64,000 bases of DNA from the IMG/VR virus record IMGVR_UViG_3300028388_004019, positions 119,756 through 183,755 of that record; one strand, given 5' to 3'. The stretch comes from a virus. Below are positions 39,770 to 49,649 of this stretch, in pieces. The position numbers and the translations under genes were made by a program. The notes under the pieces were generated by a model, which was not told the origin of the DNA, made no database searches, and was given only the letters and a program-made list of their open reading frames with translations. Each line of letters begins with the position of its first letter. Position 1 is the first letter of the stretch.

Positions 39770-42237
39770 TTACAATAGGATTTAGCACAAAAAAAGTTGA
39801 TGAAAAATTCGTAGAATACCTACGAAAAAGTTGTGGTATACCCAAAGTAGAAATTATACCTTTCGAAAATCCAGGTACTCATTCTCTGACAGAGGCTTAC
39901 AATATTATTTTAGAAAAATCATCAAATGATATTGTTGTATTGTGTCATGATGATATCTACTTCGAAAAAAATAATTGGGGAAACAAACTAATGAAACATT
40001 TTAAAAGAAATCCTGAATATGGAATCTTGGGGGTTGCTGGTTCTACCAAGTTACCAATGTCGGGTAAATGGTGGGAAGACCCTCGCAGAATGAGAGGTAT
40101 AGTAAACCACGAACACGAAGGTAAAAAGTGGGAGTCCAAATATTCACCAAGCCAAGCTAATAAGTTAGATGATGTTGTATTGGTTGACGGTCTTTTTATG
40201 GTTTTAAATAAAAAGAACATTAAAAAAACTTTTAATGAAGAGGTTAAAGGTTTTCACATGTATGATGTGGACTTCTGTTTTAGAAACTTTATTGAAGACG
40301 TTAAAATTGGAGTTCTATATGATATTCGTATTACACACCTTTCTATCGGACAGACAAATCAACAATGGGAGAAGAACCGTGAAGAATTTGCTGAGAGAAA
40401 TATCACATTATTACCTGTTAGAATAAAAAAACAGATGGATATTAATTCACCAATAAAAGTTTTAATATCATCATTATTTTTTAAAACATTTACAGGTTCT
40501 GAAATGTATGTTTATGAATTGGCAAAGGAACTGGTCAAATTAAATTGTGACGTAACGGTACTATCCGATATTGATGGTCCACTATCAAAAATTGCAAACA
40601 CAAATAAAATTAAAACGTTACCTCACCACCAACCACCAGGATATATTATGGGAGATGGGGTGATGGGTTTTAATACACCACAAGGATTTCATAAAACAGA
40701 AAAAGGAAAATTATATAGAAACGGTAATTATGATTTCGATATAATTCATGTACAACACAAACCAATAACTGAAAGATTATTACAACTTTACCCTGACCTT
40801 CCTAAAGTATCTACTATACACTCTGAGGTTATTTCATTAGAAGACCCGGTAATAGATGATACTATACTCAAATATATCACAATTAGACCTGAAATAAGTG
40901 AAAAAATTATAAACGAAAACGGGGTTGACATCAATAAAATTGAATTGGTTTATAATCCGTTGGATAATAATAGATTCAACACTAAGGGAACATCAAATAA
41001 AAATTATATACTTTTTGTCGGTACAATTGATTATTTACGAGAAAAAACAATCAAAGATATTTCAGAATATACAAAATCTCAAGGTAAAGAATTGTGGATT
41101 GTCGGTGAAAATAAATCTAATTACCTTTCAGAACTAACAAAAGAAAATCACGTTAAACATTTCCCTCCAACACAAAAAGTAGAAAAATATGTAAAGGAAT
41201 GTTCTGAAACCGCAGGTATTTTATTAGGAAGAACCACAATTGAAAGTTGGATGTGCGGCAAACCTTCTTGGATTTATCAAGTAGATGATAAAGGTAACAT
41301 ACTATCTAAAGAAAGAACTTTACCACCATCAGACATCAATAAGTTCTACTCTTCTGAAGTAGCAAAAAAAATTAAGTCTATTTACATCGATTCTTTAAAT
41401 GAATGGGAAAACCTTTTAGACGAAAAGGATGAACTTAACAATAAAAAAATGATTTTCAATGGTAGAAAAATTACACCTAACAATGTAAATAATTGGGGTG
41501 ATTTGGTCCCATATAAGATTATTGATTCTTTGTTTGAGCACGACATTTCAGAAGAAGATGTATTCAATGTTAGACAACCAAATAAAAAATACTCAGTATA
41601 CTCAACTGGTAGTGTGATGCATTTTACAAATAAGGACAGTATAGTATGGGGTACAGGATGTATTAAAGAAAACGCTGTCGGTGAAAAACCAAAAAAGGTT
41701 TATGCGGTTAGAGGTCCTTTAACCAGACAGGAACTCCTTAAGAAAGGAATTGATTGTCCTGAAATATATGGTGACCCAGCACTATTGTACCCAATGATTT
41801 ATAACCCAATTATTGAAAAGAAATACAAATGGGGAATTATACCTCACTATATTGAATTTGAAAGTGACAAAGATATAGAAGTAATTAAAAACTTAGAACG
41901 TCAAGGTTTTAAAATTATTGACATATCTTCAGGTGAAAAAGAATTTATTAATGATATGTTAGAGGTTGAAAATATCATATCCTCAAGTCTTCACGGAATG
42001 ATAGTGGCAGATGCATATGGTATACCAAATGCACGAGTAAACATTTCAAATAAACTGATTGGTGGAGATTTTAAGTTCAAAGACTATTGTCTTTCTGTAG
42101 ATAGAGAAATAGATTTAGGTTATCAACTGACCTCAACAACCACAAAAGAGGATATTGAAAATTTATATTTAAACACTAAAATAACTTTTGACCAAGAATT
42201 ACTTTTGAATAGTAATCCTTGGAAGTTAAAATTATAA
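39766..42237 (+). CDS. Tri-domain glyco-enzyme: GT2-like + GT4-like + polysaccharide pyruvyltransferase
   Basis: HDD and YDVDFC (GT2); GSEMYVYELA and GRTTIES (GT-B); NWGD, TGS, WGTG, AVRGPLT, GDPALL, SSSLHG (pyruvyltransferase). Confidence 0.8.
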   Translation: MITIGFSTKKVDEKFVEYLRKSCGIPKVEIIPFENPGTHSLTEAYNIILEKSSNDIVVLCHDDIYFEKNNWGNKLMKHFKRNPEYGILGVAGSTKLPMSGKWWEDPRRMRGIVNHEHEGKKWESKYSPSQANKLDDVVLVDGLFMVLNKKNIKKTFNEEVKGFHMYDVDFCFRNFIEDVKIGVLYDIRITHLSIGQTNQQWEKNREEFAERNITLLPVRIKKQMDINSPIKVLISSLFFKTFTGSEMYVYELAKELVKLNCDVTVLSDIDGPLSKIANTNKIKTLPHHQPPGYIMGDGVMGFNTPQGFHKTEKGKLYRNGNYDFDIIHVQHKPITERLLQLYPDLPKVSTIHSEVISLEDPVIDDTILKYITIRPEISEKIINENGVDINKIELVYNPLDNNRFNTKGTSNKNYILFVGTIDYLREKTIKDISEYTKSQGKELWIVGENKSNYLSELTKENHVKHFPPTQKVEKYVKECSETAGILLGRTTIESWMCGKPSWIYQVDDKGNILSKERTLPPSDINKFYSSEVAKKIKSIYIDSLNEWENLLDEKDELNNKKMIFNGRKITPNNVNNWGDLVPYKIIDSLFEHDISEEDVFNVRQPNKKYSVYSTGSVMHFTNKDSIVWGTGCIKENAVGEKPKKVYAVRGPLTRQELLKKGIDCPEIYGDPALLYPMIYNPIIEKKYKWGIIPHYIEFESDKDIEVIKNLERQGFKIIDISSGEKEFINDMLEVENIISSSLHGMIVADAYGIPNARVNISNKLIGGDFKFKDYCLSVDREIDLGYQLTSTTTKEDIENLYLNTKITFDQELLLNSNPWKLKL

Positions 42238-42243
42238 AGTAAA

Positions 42244-42891
42244 ATGGCAAACGGAATTTACAAAGTAACAGAAGAATTTGAAGAAAAATTAAGTCATTAT
42301 ACAGGGGCTAAGTATGTGGTAACCGTTGATAATATGAGTAATGCGTTGTTTTTATCACTTTATTATGAACATCATATTAAAAATAATACCAGTGAATATA
42401 TTACTATACCTAACAGAACTTATCCGTCAGTACCTTGTGAAATAATACACGCAGGTTTAAAAGTAAATTTTCGTAAGGTAAAGGGTAAAACATTAAAAGG
42501 TGCTTATCAACTCGAGGGGTCTAATGTTTGGGACTCAGCATTAACTTTTACCTCCGATATGTACATTCCCAAAACACACATGTGTATATCATTTACGGGC
42601 CCATATAAACATTTTAAACTTTCTAAAGGTGGTGCAATTTTGACAGATGATAAAGAGGCATATAGATGGTTTAAAAGAGCTAGATATAGTGGAAGAAGGG
42701 AGTGTTCATATTTTGAAGATAATTTTGATATGTTAGGTTGGAACTTTTATATGATGCCTGAATTGTCTGCACGAGGATTATTACTTATGAATCAATTTTA
42801 CAATAGAGACGGAAGTAAAATAAACAATGAAGATTTAGAATTACCTTACCCTGATTTAAGTAAATTTAAAATATACAAATCAAATAAATAA
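42244..42891 (+). CDS. DegT/DnrJ-family PLP sugar aminotransferase (short)
   Basis: TYPSVP, WDSA, SFTGPYK, GGAILTDD, GWNFYM. Confidence 0.8.
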   Translation: MANGIYKVTEEFEEKLSHYTGAKYVVTVDNMSNALFLSLYYEHHIKNNTSEYITIPNRTYPSVPCEIIHAGLKVNFRKVKGKTLKGAYQLEGSNVWDSALTFTSDMYIPKTHMCISFTGPYKHFKLSKGGAILTDDKEAYRWFKRARYSGRRECSYFEDNFDMLGWNFYMMPELSARGLLLMNQFYNRDGSKINNEDLELPYPDLSKFKIYKSNK

Positions 42892-42892
42892 T

Positions 42893-43726
42893 ATGATTTA
42901 TAAACACCCAATTTTTATAATATCAAACCCGAGGTCAGGGAGTTCTATTTTCAGAATTATACTTAACCACTCTAATAATACTATTTTCCCACCCGAATGT
43001 GGTTTTATACAATGGTTACATCAGTTCTACAAAGATTGGGATAACTCCCGTATCTCAGAGTTTACAACAGATGTTATAAATTCAAAAAAAATGGAAGGAT
43101 GGTTTTTAAATGAAGAAGAAATAAAAAACTATCTAATTAACCTCAACCCACAATCATATGCCGAGGCTTGTTTTTATGTGTATGAGTTTTACGGAAAAAA
43201 ATTAGGTAAAGATGTTAAAATATGGGGTGATAAAAATAACTACTACATTCAACACCTGGATGATATTTTTGAAATTTATCCTGAAGCTAAATTTATTTGG
43301 TTAAGAAGAGATAGTAGAGATGTTTGTGCATCATATCTTAATTTATCTAAAATATCTGATGAAATCAAATATAAACCTTCAGTACCAAAAGATGTGAATG
43401 ATATTATGAATAGTCTTTATGAAAATAAAGAAATTATTTCTAATTTTTTCTCAAATTTAAATGATAAAAATAAATTAATAATTAATTTTGAAGATTTTAT
43501 TATTCAAGACGAACAAACACTACAAAACTTACAGGATTTTACAGGGATAAATATAAATGAATGTATTATCAACTTTAATAATAAATTATATTATGATGAA
43601 CCAAATATAACTTTACCATGGAAAGAAAAAACCAAAGAAGATTTAGATTCAAATTATATTATGACATATAAAAGACACAAAAAATCTCAAGAAATTTTCA
43701 ACACATATAAAAATTATAATTGGTAA
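42893..43726 (+). CDS. Sulfotransferase (family 3-like)
   Basis: PIFIISNPRSGSS, WGDKN, LRRDSRDVCAS, FEDF. Confidence 0.8.
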   Translation: MIYKHPIFIISNPRSGSSIFRIILNHSNNTIFPPECGFIQWLHQFYKDWDNSRISEFTTDVINSKKMEGWFLNEEEIKNYLINLNPQSYAEACFYVYEFYGKKLGKDVKIWGDKNNYYIQHLDDIFEIYPEAKFIWLRRDSRDVCASYLNLSKISDEIKYKPSVPKDVNDIMNSLYENKEIISNFFSNLNDKNKLIINFEDFIIQDEQTLQNLQDFTGININECIINFNNKLYYDEPNITLPWKEKTKEDLDSNYIMTYKRHKKSQEIFNTYKNYNW

Positions 43727-43730
43727 AATT

Positions 43731-44492
43731 ATGTATCTTGAAATAAACCAAAGTATAGACCAAACAATTGATTTAATAAAAAATAGTATATATAGTGGGA
43801 CACCACTTTCTATTTCACGATTTGGTGACGGCGAAATTTATTTACTAAATCGTAACTCACCCGATTCACATAAAATTAGAAAATGTAAAGATTGGGATTA
43901 TAAATATCCTGAAGAAGTAAATGAGATGTATGATGACGCCAATAATATCCTCATCAAAAGCCTTAAAAATAGTGATATCATTTCTATAATGGATAAAAAT
44001 AATATAATATCAAAAAGAATAGGATTTAGTAATGAAAGGTGGTCAATTTCAAAAGAACTATTATTAAAAAATGGTATTAATCCTGAACAATTAAAAGTAA
44101 CTGACCACATGCTTGCCAGAGATGTAAAATTTGGAAAACCCGAAAATTTTAAAAATATTATTCAGGGTAAAAGTTTAAATATAATAAGTCCAAACACTGA
44201 AGAATTAAAAACAAAAAATTTAGAAACCTTATTGGACTGTGAAGTAACATATACAAATCACCCATTTAGTATAAACTTTAAAAATAGACATGAATTTGTT
44301 GATAATTTGAAAAATATAAAGTCAGATGTAGTACTCGTGGGGACCGGTAACATAAAAGACTATGTTAGTATATTATCAAAACAATATGGTAAAGTAGCCA
44401 TAGATGTTGGGGCAATGTTAGATGCTTGGGCAGGTATAAAAAGTAGACCGTGGTTTAAAAAAGGAGGTCATCAAAATCATTTACTACTGTGA
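43731..44492 (+). CDS. GT-D fold (DUF1792-like) glycosyltransferase
   Basis: SISRFGDGE signature and AIDVG. Confidence 0.6.
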   Translation: MYLEINQSIDQTIDLIKNSIYSGTPLSISRFGDGEIYLLNRNSPDSHKIRKCKDWDYKYPEEVNEMYDDANNILIKSLKNSDIISIMDKNNIISKRIGFSNERWSISKELLLKNGINPEQLKVTDHMLARDVKFGKPENFKNIIQGKSLNIISPNTEELKTKNLETLLDCEVTYTNHPFSINFKNRHEFVDNLKNIKSDVVLVGTGNIKDYVSILSKQYGKVAIDVGAMLDAWAGIKSRPWFKKGGHQNHLLL

Positions 44493-44524
44493 TTTAAATA
44501 CCATACTTAAAACAAATCTAAATA

Positions 44525-45349
44525 ATGAAAAAAATTGTTGGAATTATTGGTAATGGATTTGTCGGTGAATCTCAAGCGTTTGCTTTTTCACCAACAAACG
44601 AAATTAGAATTTATGATGTTGACCAATTGAGGTCAACACACACAAAAGAAGAGACACATGAGTCAGATTTCATATTTGTTTGTGTACCAACACCAATGGA
44701 TATGGGTGGTAAACAGGACTTATCATATATAGAAAATGTATTCAAGGATTCTAAAGAAGGTCCGATTTACATTATAAAATCTACGGTATTACCAGGCACA
44801 ACAGAAATGTTACAAAGACAATATCCTCACCTTAACATTATATTCTCACCTGAGTTCTTGACTGAGAGGACTGCAAAATTGGATATGTTGACACAGGCAA
44901 GAGTAATCTTTGGTGGTGATAAGGACTTAACAAATAAAGTTGAAGAATTATTCTCTGAACGATTTATGAATAGACATTTCATCCATACAGACTCTAAAAC
45001 TGCCGAGTTTATAAAATATATGAATAATACTTTCTTTGCTACTAAAGTTTCATTGATGAATGAATACTATAGACTTTCTCAGTTAGTTGATGTCAATTGG
45101 GACGATGCACTATATGGATTTACCTCAGATGGAAGAGTTGGCGACTCTCACTTACATGTTCCTGGTCCTGATGGCAAAGTAGGTTTCGGAGGTACTTGTT
45201 TCCCTAAAGATATCAATGCCCTTATCAACATGTCTAAGGAAGTGGGAGTCAATATGAATGTATTGGAAGCCGCTTGGAAAACAAACTTGGAAGTTAGACC
45301 TGAACAAGACTGGTCGACTCTAAAAGGACGTGCAGTATCCGACAAGTAG
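44525..45349 (+). CDS. ugd: UDP-glucose/GDP-mannose dehydrogenase family (lacks the C-terminal domain)
   Basis: GNGFVG, CVPTP, KSTVLPG, SPEFL, GFGGTCFPKD. Confidence 0.85.
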   Translation: MKKIVGIIGNGFVGESQAFAFSPTNEIRIYDVDQLRSTHTKEETHESDFIFVCVPTPMDMGGKQDLSYIENVFKDSKEGPIYIIKSTVLPGTTEMLQRQYPHLNIIFSPEFLTERTAKLDMLTQARVIFGGDKDLTNKVEELFSERFMNRHFIHTDSKTAEFIKYMNNTFFATKVSLMNEYYRLSQLVDVNWDDALYGFTSDGRVGDSHLHVPGPDGKVGFGGTCFPKDINALINMSKEVGVNMNVLEAAWKTNLEVRPEQDWSTLKGRAVSDK

Positions 45350-45412
45350 TAATACTTACTTTATAATAAAAGTTCGTATTATATATACTAAGTTAAAACT
45401 AAAATATAGTTA

Positions 45413-46123
45413 ATGGCAACAAAAGGTAGAAAAGGAGATTTCAACCCTAAGAAATCAAGAAAAGAAATAATCAGGGAAATAATCGGGAAGACCCCAAGAA
45501 AGAAGTTTCTTTCTGAAAGTCAAAAGGAATATTATAATATTCTCACAAACAACGAAATTACGATTTGTACGGGACCAGCGGGTGTCGGTAAATCATATGT
45601 GGCAATGAGTGCTGCGGTTCAACTACTACTCGATGAGAGTAACTCTTATGAGAAAATAATTATCGTAAGACCAGCAGTTGAAGCTGAAGAAAAACTCGGT
45701 GCATTACCAGGTAACTTGGAGGAAAAATTAGACCCTTATATTTTTCCATCATATTACCTGTTAAATAAAATTATTGGGAAAGAAGCTAGAGAAAAATTAA
45801 AAGAATATGATGTGATTGAGGTATTTGCTTTGGCTTATATGCGAGGTATGAATATTGATAACTCAATATTAATTTTTGAGGAGGCACAAAATTCAACACC
45901 ATCACAAATGAAACTATTGTTGACAAGAATCGGATTCAACTCTAAATTCTTTATATCTGGTGATATCGAACAAACGGACCGTTATAAAGATAAGACACAA
46001 TCAGGTTTATATGATGCAATGAATAAATTTAGTGATTTGGATGAGGTAGGTACTTATGATTTCAAAAATGAAGACATCATTAGAAATCCAATCATCAGTA
46101 AAATATTAAAGAAATACGAATGA
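45413..46123 (+). CDS. phoH: PhoH-family ATPase
   Basis: GPAGVGKS, RPAVE, YMRG, EEAQN, GDIEQTD. Confidence 0.92.
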   Translation: MATKGRKGDFNPKKSRKEIIREIIGKTPRKKFLSESQKEYYNILTNNEITICTGPAGVGKSYVAMSAAVQLLLDESNSYEKIIIVRPAVEAEEKLGALPGNLEEKLDPYIFPSYYLLNKIIGKEAREKLKEYDVIEVFALAYMRGMNIDNSILIFEEAQNSTPSQMKLLLTRIGFNSKFFISGDIEQTDRYKDKTQSGLYDAMNKFSDLDEVGTYDFKNEDIIRNPIISKILKKYE

Positions 46124-46719
46124 AAATAGCATTTGAAGTTAATGGTGTATTGAGAAATACTTTTGGTAAAGCTGAAGAGGTTTATCAAAAGTTTTTCATT
46201 GATGACTATGTACTGGGTGAAGATGAAGAAGAGTTTGATTATAAACTTAATCTTCCAATTACATCCACAACCTTGAGTGACCATTTTGTTTTTCCTGATG
46301 AAGAAAGACTAATGGAATTCTTTTATGTGGATTTCCCTATGAACATTTTTGGTCATTCTCAATCAACAGAAAACTCAACATTTCATGACTTGAACGACAT
46401 TTATAAAGATTTAAGAGATGACCATGAATTAGTCATTGTTTCTAATGAGATTGAAAAATCTAAACCTGCAACTTTATTCTTCTTATCTAAGTTTGGTTGT
46501 ATGTTTGAGAAAATAATCTTTTATAACCAATATACGGAAGATGAAATCCTTTCTCAATTTGATTTGATTATATCGACACAACCTCAAATTATAGAAAAGG
46601 ATTATAACTATAAAACTGTAAAATATAAAACCACATATAATGAAGAAGTCTCTTCTGATTTCGAAATAGAAACCTTAAAAGAGTTCAAAGATTTATATGA
46701 AAAACTTAATTTGACATGA
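46120..46719 (+). CDS. HAD-fold protein with a degenerate catalytic motif
   Basis: IAFEVNGVLR in place of DxDG. Confidence 0.5.
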   Translation: MKIAFEVNGVLRNTFGKAEEVYQKFFIDDYVLGEDEEEFDYKLNLPITSTTLSDHFVFPDEERLMEFFYVDFPMNIFGHSQSTENSTFHDLNDIYKDLRDDHELVIVSNEIEKSKPATLFFLSKFGCMFEKIIFYNQYTEDEILSQFDLIISTQPQIIEKDYNYKTVKYKTTYNEEVSSDFEIETLKEFKDLYEKLNLT

Positions 46720-47000
46720 TAGAATTTTTAGGACAAATGTATTACATCGATATGGATACACTCGAAAACTTCGTAGAGTTAAAAGACTTCAAACCATCAG
46801 AGGAAGAAGATAAAGACCACCAACATTTTTCAATAATCAAATTCGAACTTTTGAAGATGATGATTGAAGTTGTACTAACTGAAAGAGTTGACGACATGGA
46901 CGACAATTTAGGGCTACATAATGCTAAGAGTACAAGTATTCCCTTTCGTATTGCATTTAATACATTATTAAGACATAACATTATTAAATATTTTGACTAA
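46716..47000 (+). CDS. Hypothetical protein
   Basis: ORF overlapping its neighbours in an operon. Confidence 0.7.
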   Translation: MIEFLGQMYYIDMDTLENFVELKDFKPSEEEDKDHQHFSIIKFELLKMMIEVVLTERVDDMDDNLGLHNAKSTSIPFRIAFNTLLRHNIIKYFD

Positions 47001-48067
47001 TGGACCAAGATACAATTAAAAAAGTAGAACTTTCAATTCAGAAATTGGAAGAAAAAACATCGAGAATTTACCTTATGGTACAAGATACTAAGGGTAATGC
47101 AAAAGCCGGTATCCGTTTGGTTTACCAAATGGCTTTAACCTTAAAAAATAACGGATATAATCCAATCATCTTACACGAATCAAATGATTATACAGGTGTA
47201 AGTGAATGGATGGGTGAAGAATATATGGAATTACCTCACCAATCAATTGAAGGTCAAAACCTACAAATCTCACCTGAAGATTTTGTCATAGTTCCTGAAT
47301 TATATGGACACGTGATGGAACAAATTAAAAACCTACCTTGTGGGAAGATTGTAATGTGTCAAGCGTATGACTATATGCTTGAAACTATTCAGCCAGGTGT
47401 AAATTGGGCAATGAATGGATTTTTGAAAGGAATTACAACCAACGAAACTCAAAAGGAATATATCCAAAGTATTATGAAAAACACCTCTTTAGACGTGATT
47501 ACTCCTTTTATTCCTGAAATCTTTACGAAAAAAACTATTCCTGCAAAACCAATTATTGGAATTCATACACGTGACCAAAGAGATACCGCTAAGATTATCA
47601 AATCTTTCTATTTGAAGTACCCTCAATTTAGATGGGTAACGTTCCGTGATATGAGAGGTCTATCACAAAAAGAATTTGTTGAAAACCTACAGGAATCTTT
47701 TGTTTCAGTGTGGGTTGACGATATTAGTGGATTCGGTACCTTCCCAATTGAGAGTATGGCTTGTGGGACACCCGTAATTGGAAAAGTTCCAAACATGAAA
47801 CCTGAATGGATGTCAGACACTAACGGTGTATGGACATATGAACTAAATAACATGGTTGATATTATTGCAGAATATACACAAAATTGGTTGGAAGATAATA
47901 TCTCAGAACAACTTTATGATGGTGGTTTGGAAACCGCATCAACATATCAAAATAAAGAAGATTTTGAATCACAGGTTATTTCAACTTTCGATTCTTACTT
48001 ATCAATTCGTAAACAAAATTTTGAAACTCAATTAGAGAGATTAACAATAACAGAAGAAACAGAATAA
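47000..48067 (+). CDS. Glycosyltransferase, GT-B-like
   Basis: DFVIVPE, GFGTFPIESMACGTPVIG. Confidence 0.8.
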   Translation: MDQDTIKKVELSIQKLEEKTSRIYLMVQDTKGNAKAGIRLVYQMALTLKNNGYNPIILHESNDYTGVSEWMGEEYMELPHQSIEGQNLQISPEDFVIVPELYGHVMEQIKNLPCGKIVMCQAYDYMLETIQPGVNWAMNGFLKGITTNETQKEYIQSIMKNTSLDVITPFIPEIFTKKTIPAKPIIGIHTRDQRDTAKIIKSFYLKYPQFRWVTFRDMRGLSQKEFVENLQESFVSVWVDDISGFGTFPIESMACGTPVIGKVPNMKPEWMSDTNGVWTYELNNMVDIIAEYTQNWLEDNISEQLYDGGLETASTYQNKEDFESQVISTFDSYLSIRKQNFETQLERLTITEETE

Positions 48068-48069
48068 TT

Positions 48070-48867
48070 ATGAAAGATATTTCAGTAATTCTCCCAGTCG
48101 AGAGTTCAAAACACAAGAATTTTACTGAGTTGTTTACCAACTCAATCGTATCAATTATAAACCAATCAGTACAACCTAAAGAAGTTGTTTTGGTCCACAC
48201 AAATGAAGAATCATTAGTTTCTTATTTGAATGATTTTGACTTCAGTGGTTTGACAGTAAATATGGTTGAAAACAAAGGAAATTCAGATTTCGCATCACAG
48301 ATGAATTTAGGTGTTGAAAACGCAACATCTGAATGGGTTTCATTCTTAGAATTTGATGACGAGTACGCATCGATTTGGTTCAAGAATGTGCAAGAATATA
48401 TTACTGCACACTCTGATGTCAAAGCATTCTTGTCATTGGTTGTTGATGTTGACGATAAAGGTACATTTGCTGGTTTCACAAACGAAGCAACATTTGCAGC
48501 GTCGATGAATAGTGAAATCGGTTATCTAACAAATGAAGTGTTACTTGATTACCAAAACTTTCAAACTGCAGGTATGGTTGTCAGAAAAGATATATACCAA
48601 GAATTAGGAGGTTTTAAACCATCAATCAAATTAACATTTGTTTATGAATTCTTGCTTCGTTTGACTTACAATTCTACAAAAATTATGACCATACCACGTA
48701 TTGGTTACAAACACCTTAACATGAGAGAAGGGTCTATCTTTTGGAATTATAAGAATGGTGAAAACTCAGTCACAGAAGATGAAGTCAAGTTTTGGTTAGA
48801 ATCCGCAAAAAAAGAACATTTCTTCACTGAAGACAGAAATATAAAATACGAACCTGAGAATGTTTAA
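48070..48867 (+). CDS. Glycosyltransferase family 2
   Basis: ISVILPV, NLGVENA, FLEFDD, YEFLLRL. Confidence 0.8.
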   Translation: MKDISVILPVESSKHKNFTELFTNSIVSIINQSVQPKEVVLVHTNEESLVSYLNDFDFSGLTVNMVENKGNSDFASQMNLGVENATSEWVSFLEFDDEYASIWFKNVQEYITAHSDVKAFLSLVVDVDDKGTFAGFTNEATFAASMNSEIGYLTNEVLLDYQNFQTAGMVVRKDIYQELGGFKPSIKLTFVYEFLLRLTYNSTKIMTIPRIGYKHLNMREGSIFWNYKNGENSVTEDEVKFWLESAKKEHFFTEDRNIKYEPENV

Positions 48868-49622
48868 TGTTGTTATCAGGAAACACAAATTCTCCGGAAC
48901 CTACCCCAACAAAAAAAAGGGGTAGGAAACCGAAGACCAATAACAACTATTTCGCTGAAAGGGAAGAAAAGGCTGTTAGAATGTTTCTCACTGCCAGTAC
49001 TTTCAATGAGAAAAATGAGATTTATAATGAATTTCTAAGAGCACCTTTGGATAAGATGATTGAATCAATCATCAGGAGATATAAGTTATATCGTAAAGGA
49101 ATGGAGTTCAATGATATTCACGTAGATACTCACTCATTTTTAATCACAAAAGTTGACAAGTTCAAACCAGCGAAAGGTAAAAAAGCATATTCGTATTTTG
49201 GTACAATATGTAAAAACTATCTGATGGGTCAAATCATCAAAGACCAAAAAGAACAAAACAGAAAAATCTCTTATGAGGACATATCCTCATCTTTAGAAAA
49301 TAGACCTGATTTAATTTATCACTTGGAACACGATAAGATTGAACCGAGTCAAGTTATCAAACATTTCTTGAAAGAAATGGAGGAATTCATGGAAGGGACA
49401 AATCTTAATAAAAATGAAGTAAAATTAGGTTATGCACTTATGGAATTGTTCGAAAATTATGAAACAATTTTTATTGGTACTGACAACAACAAATTCAATA
49501 AGAATATAATACTTCTTTCATTGAGAGAAATGACAAATATGTCAACTAAAGAAATTCGCACCTCTATGAAAAAATATAAGACTTTATACTACGAATTGGT
49601 TAAAAAAATCAATAATCTATAA
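48867..49622 (+). CDS. Phage sigma factor (T4 gp55-like)
   Basis: Region-2-like KFKPAKGKKAYSYFGTICKNYL. Confidence 0.65.
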   Translation: MLLSGNTNSPEPTPTKKRGRKPKTNNNYFAEREEKAVRMFLTASTFNEKNEIYNEFLRAPLDKMIESIIRRYKLYRKGMEFNDIHVDTHSFLITKVDKFKPAKGKKAYSYFGTICKNYLMGQIIKDQKEQNRKISYEDISSSLENRPDLIYHLEHDKIEPSQVIKHFLKEMEEFMEGTNLNKNEVKLGYALMELFENYETIFIGTDNNKFNKNIILLSLREMTNMSTKEIRTSMKKYKTLYYELVKKINNL

Positions 49623-49649
49623 AATTTGTTCCAAAGATATTTATAAGTA

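Noticed and set aside
36635-48867. Cellular LPS/capsule locus (host contamination or prophage flank)
   Set aside because: It is interleaved with dUTPase, exonuclease, PhoH and a phage sigma, and lacks wzx/wzy/ABC export or membrane proteins
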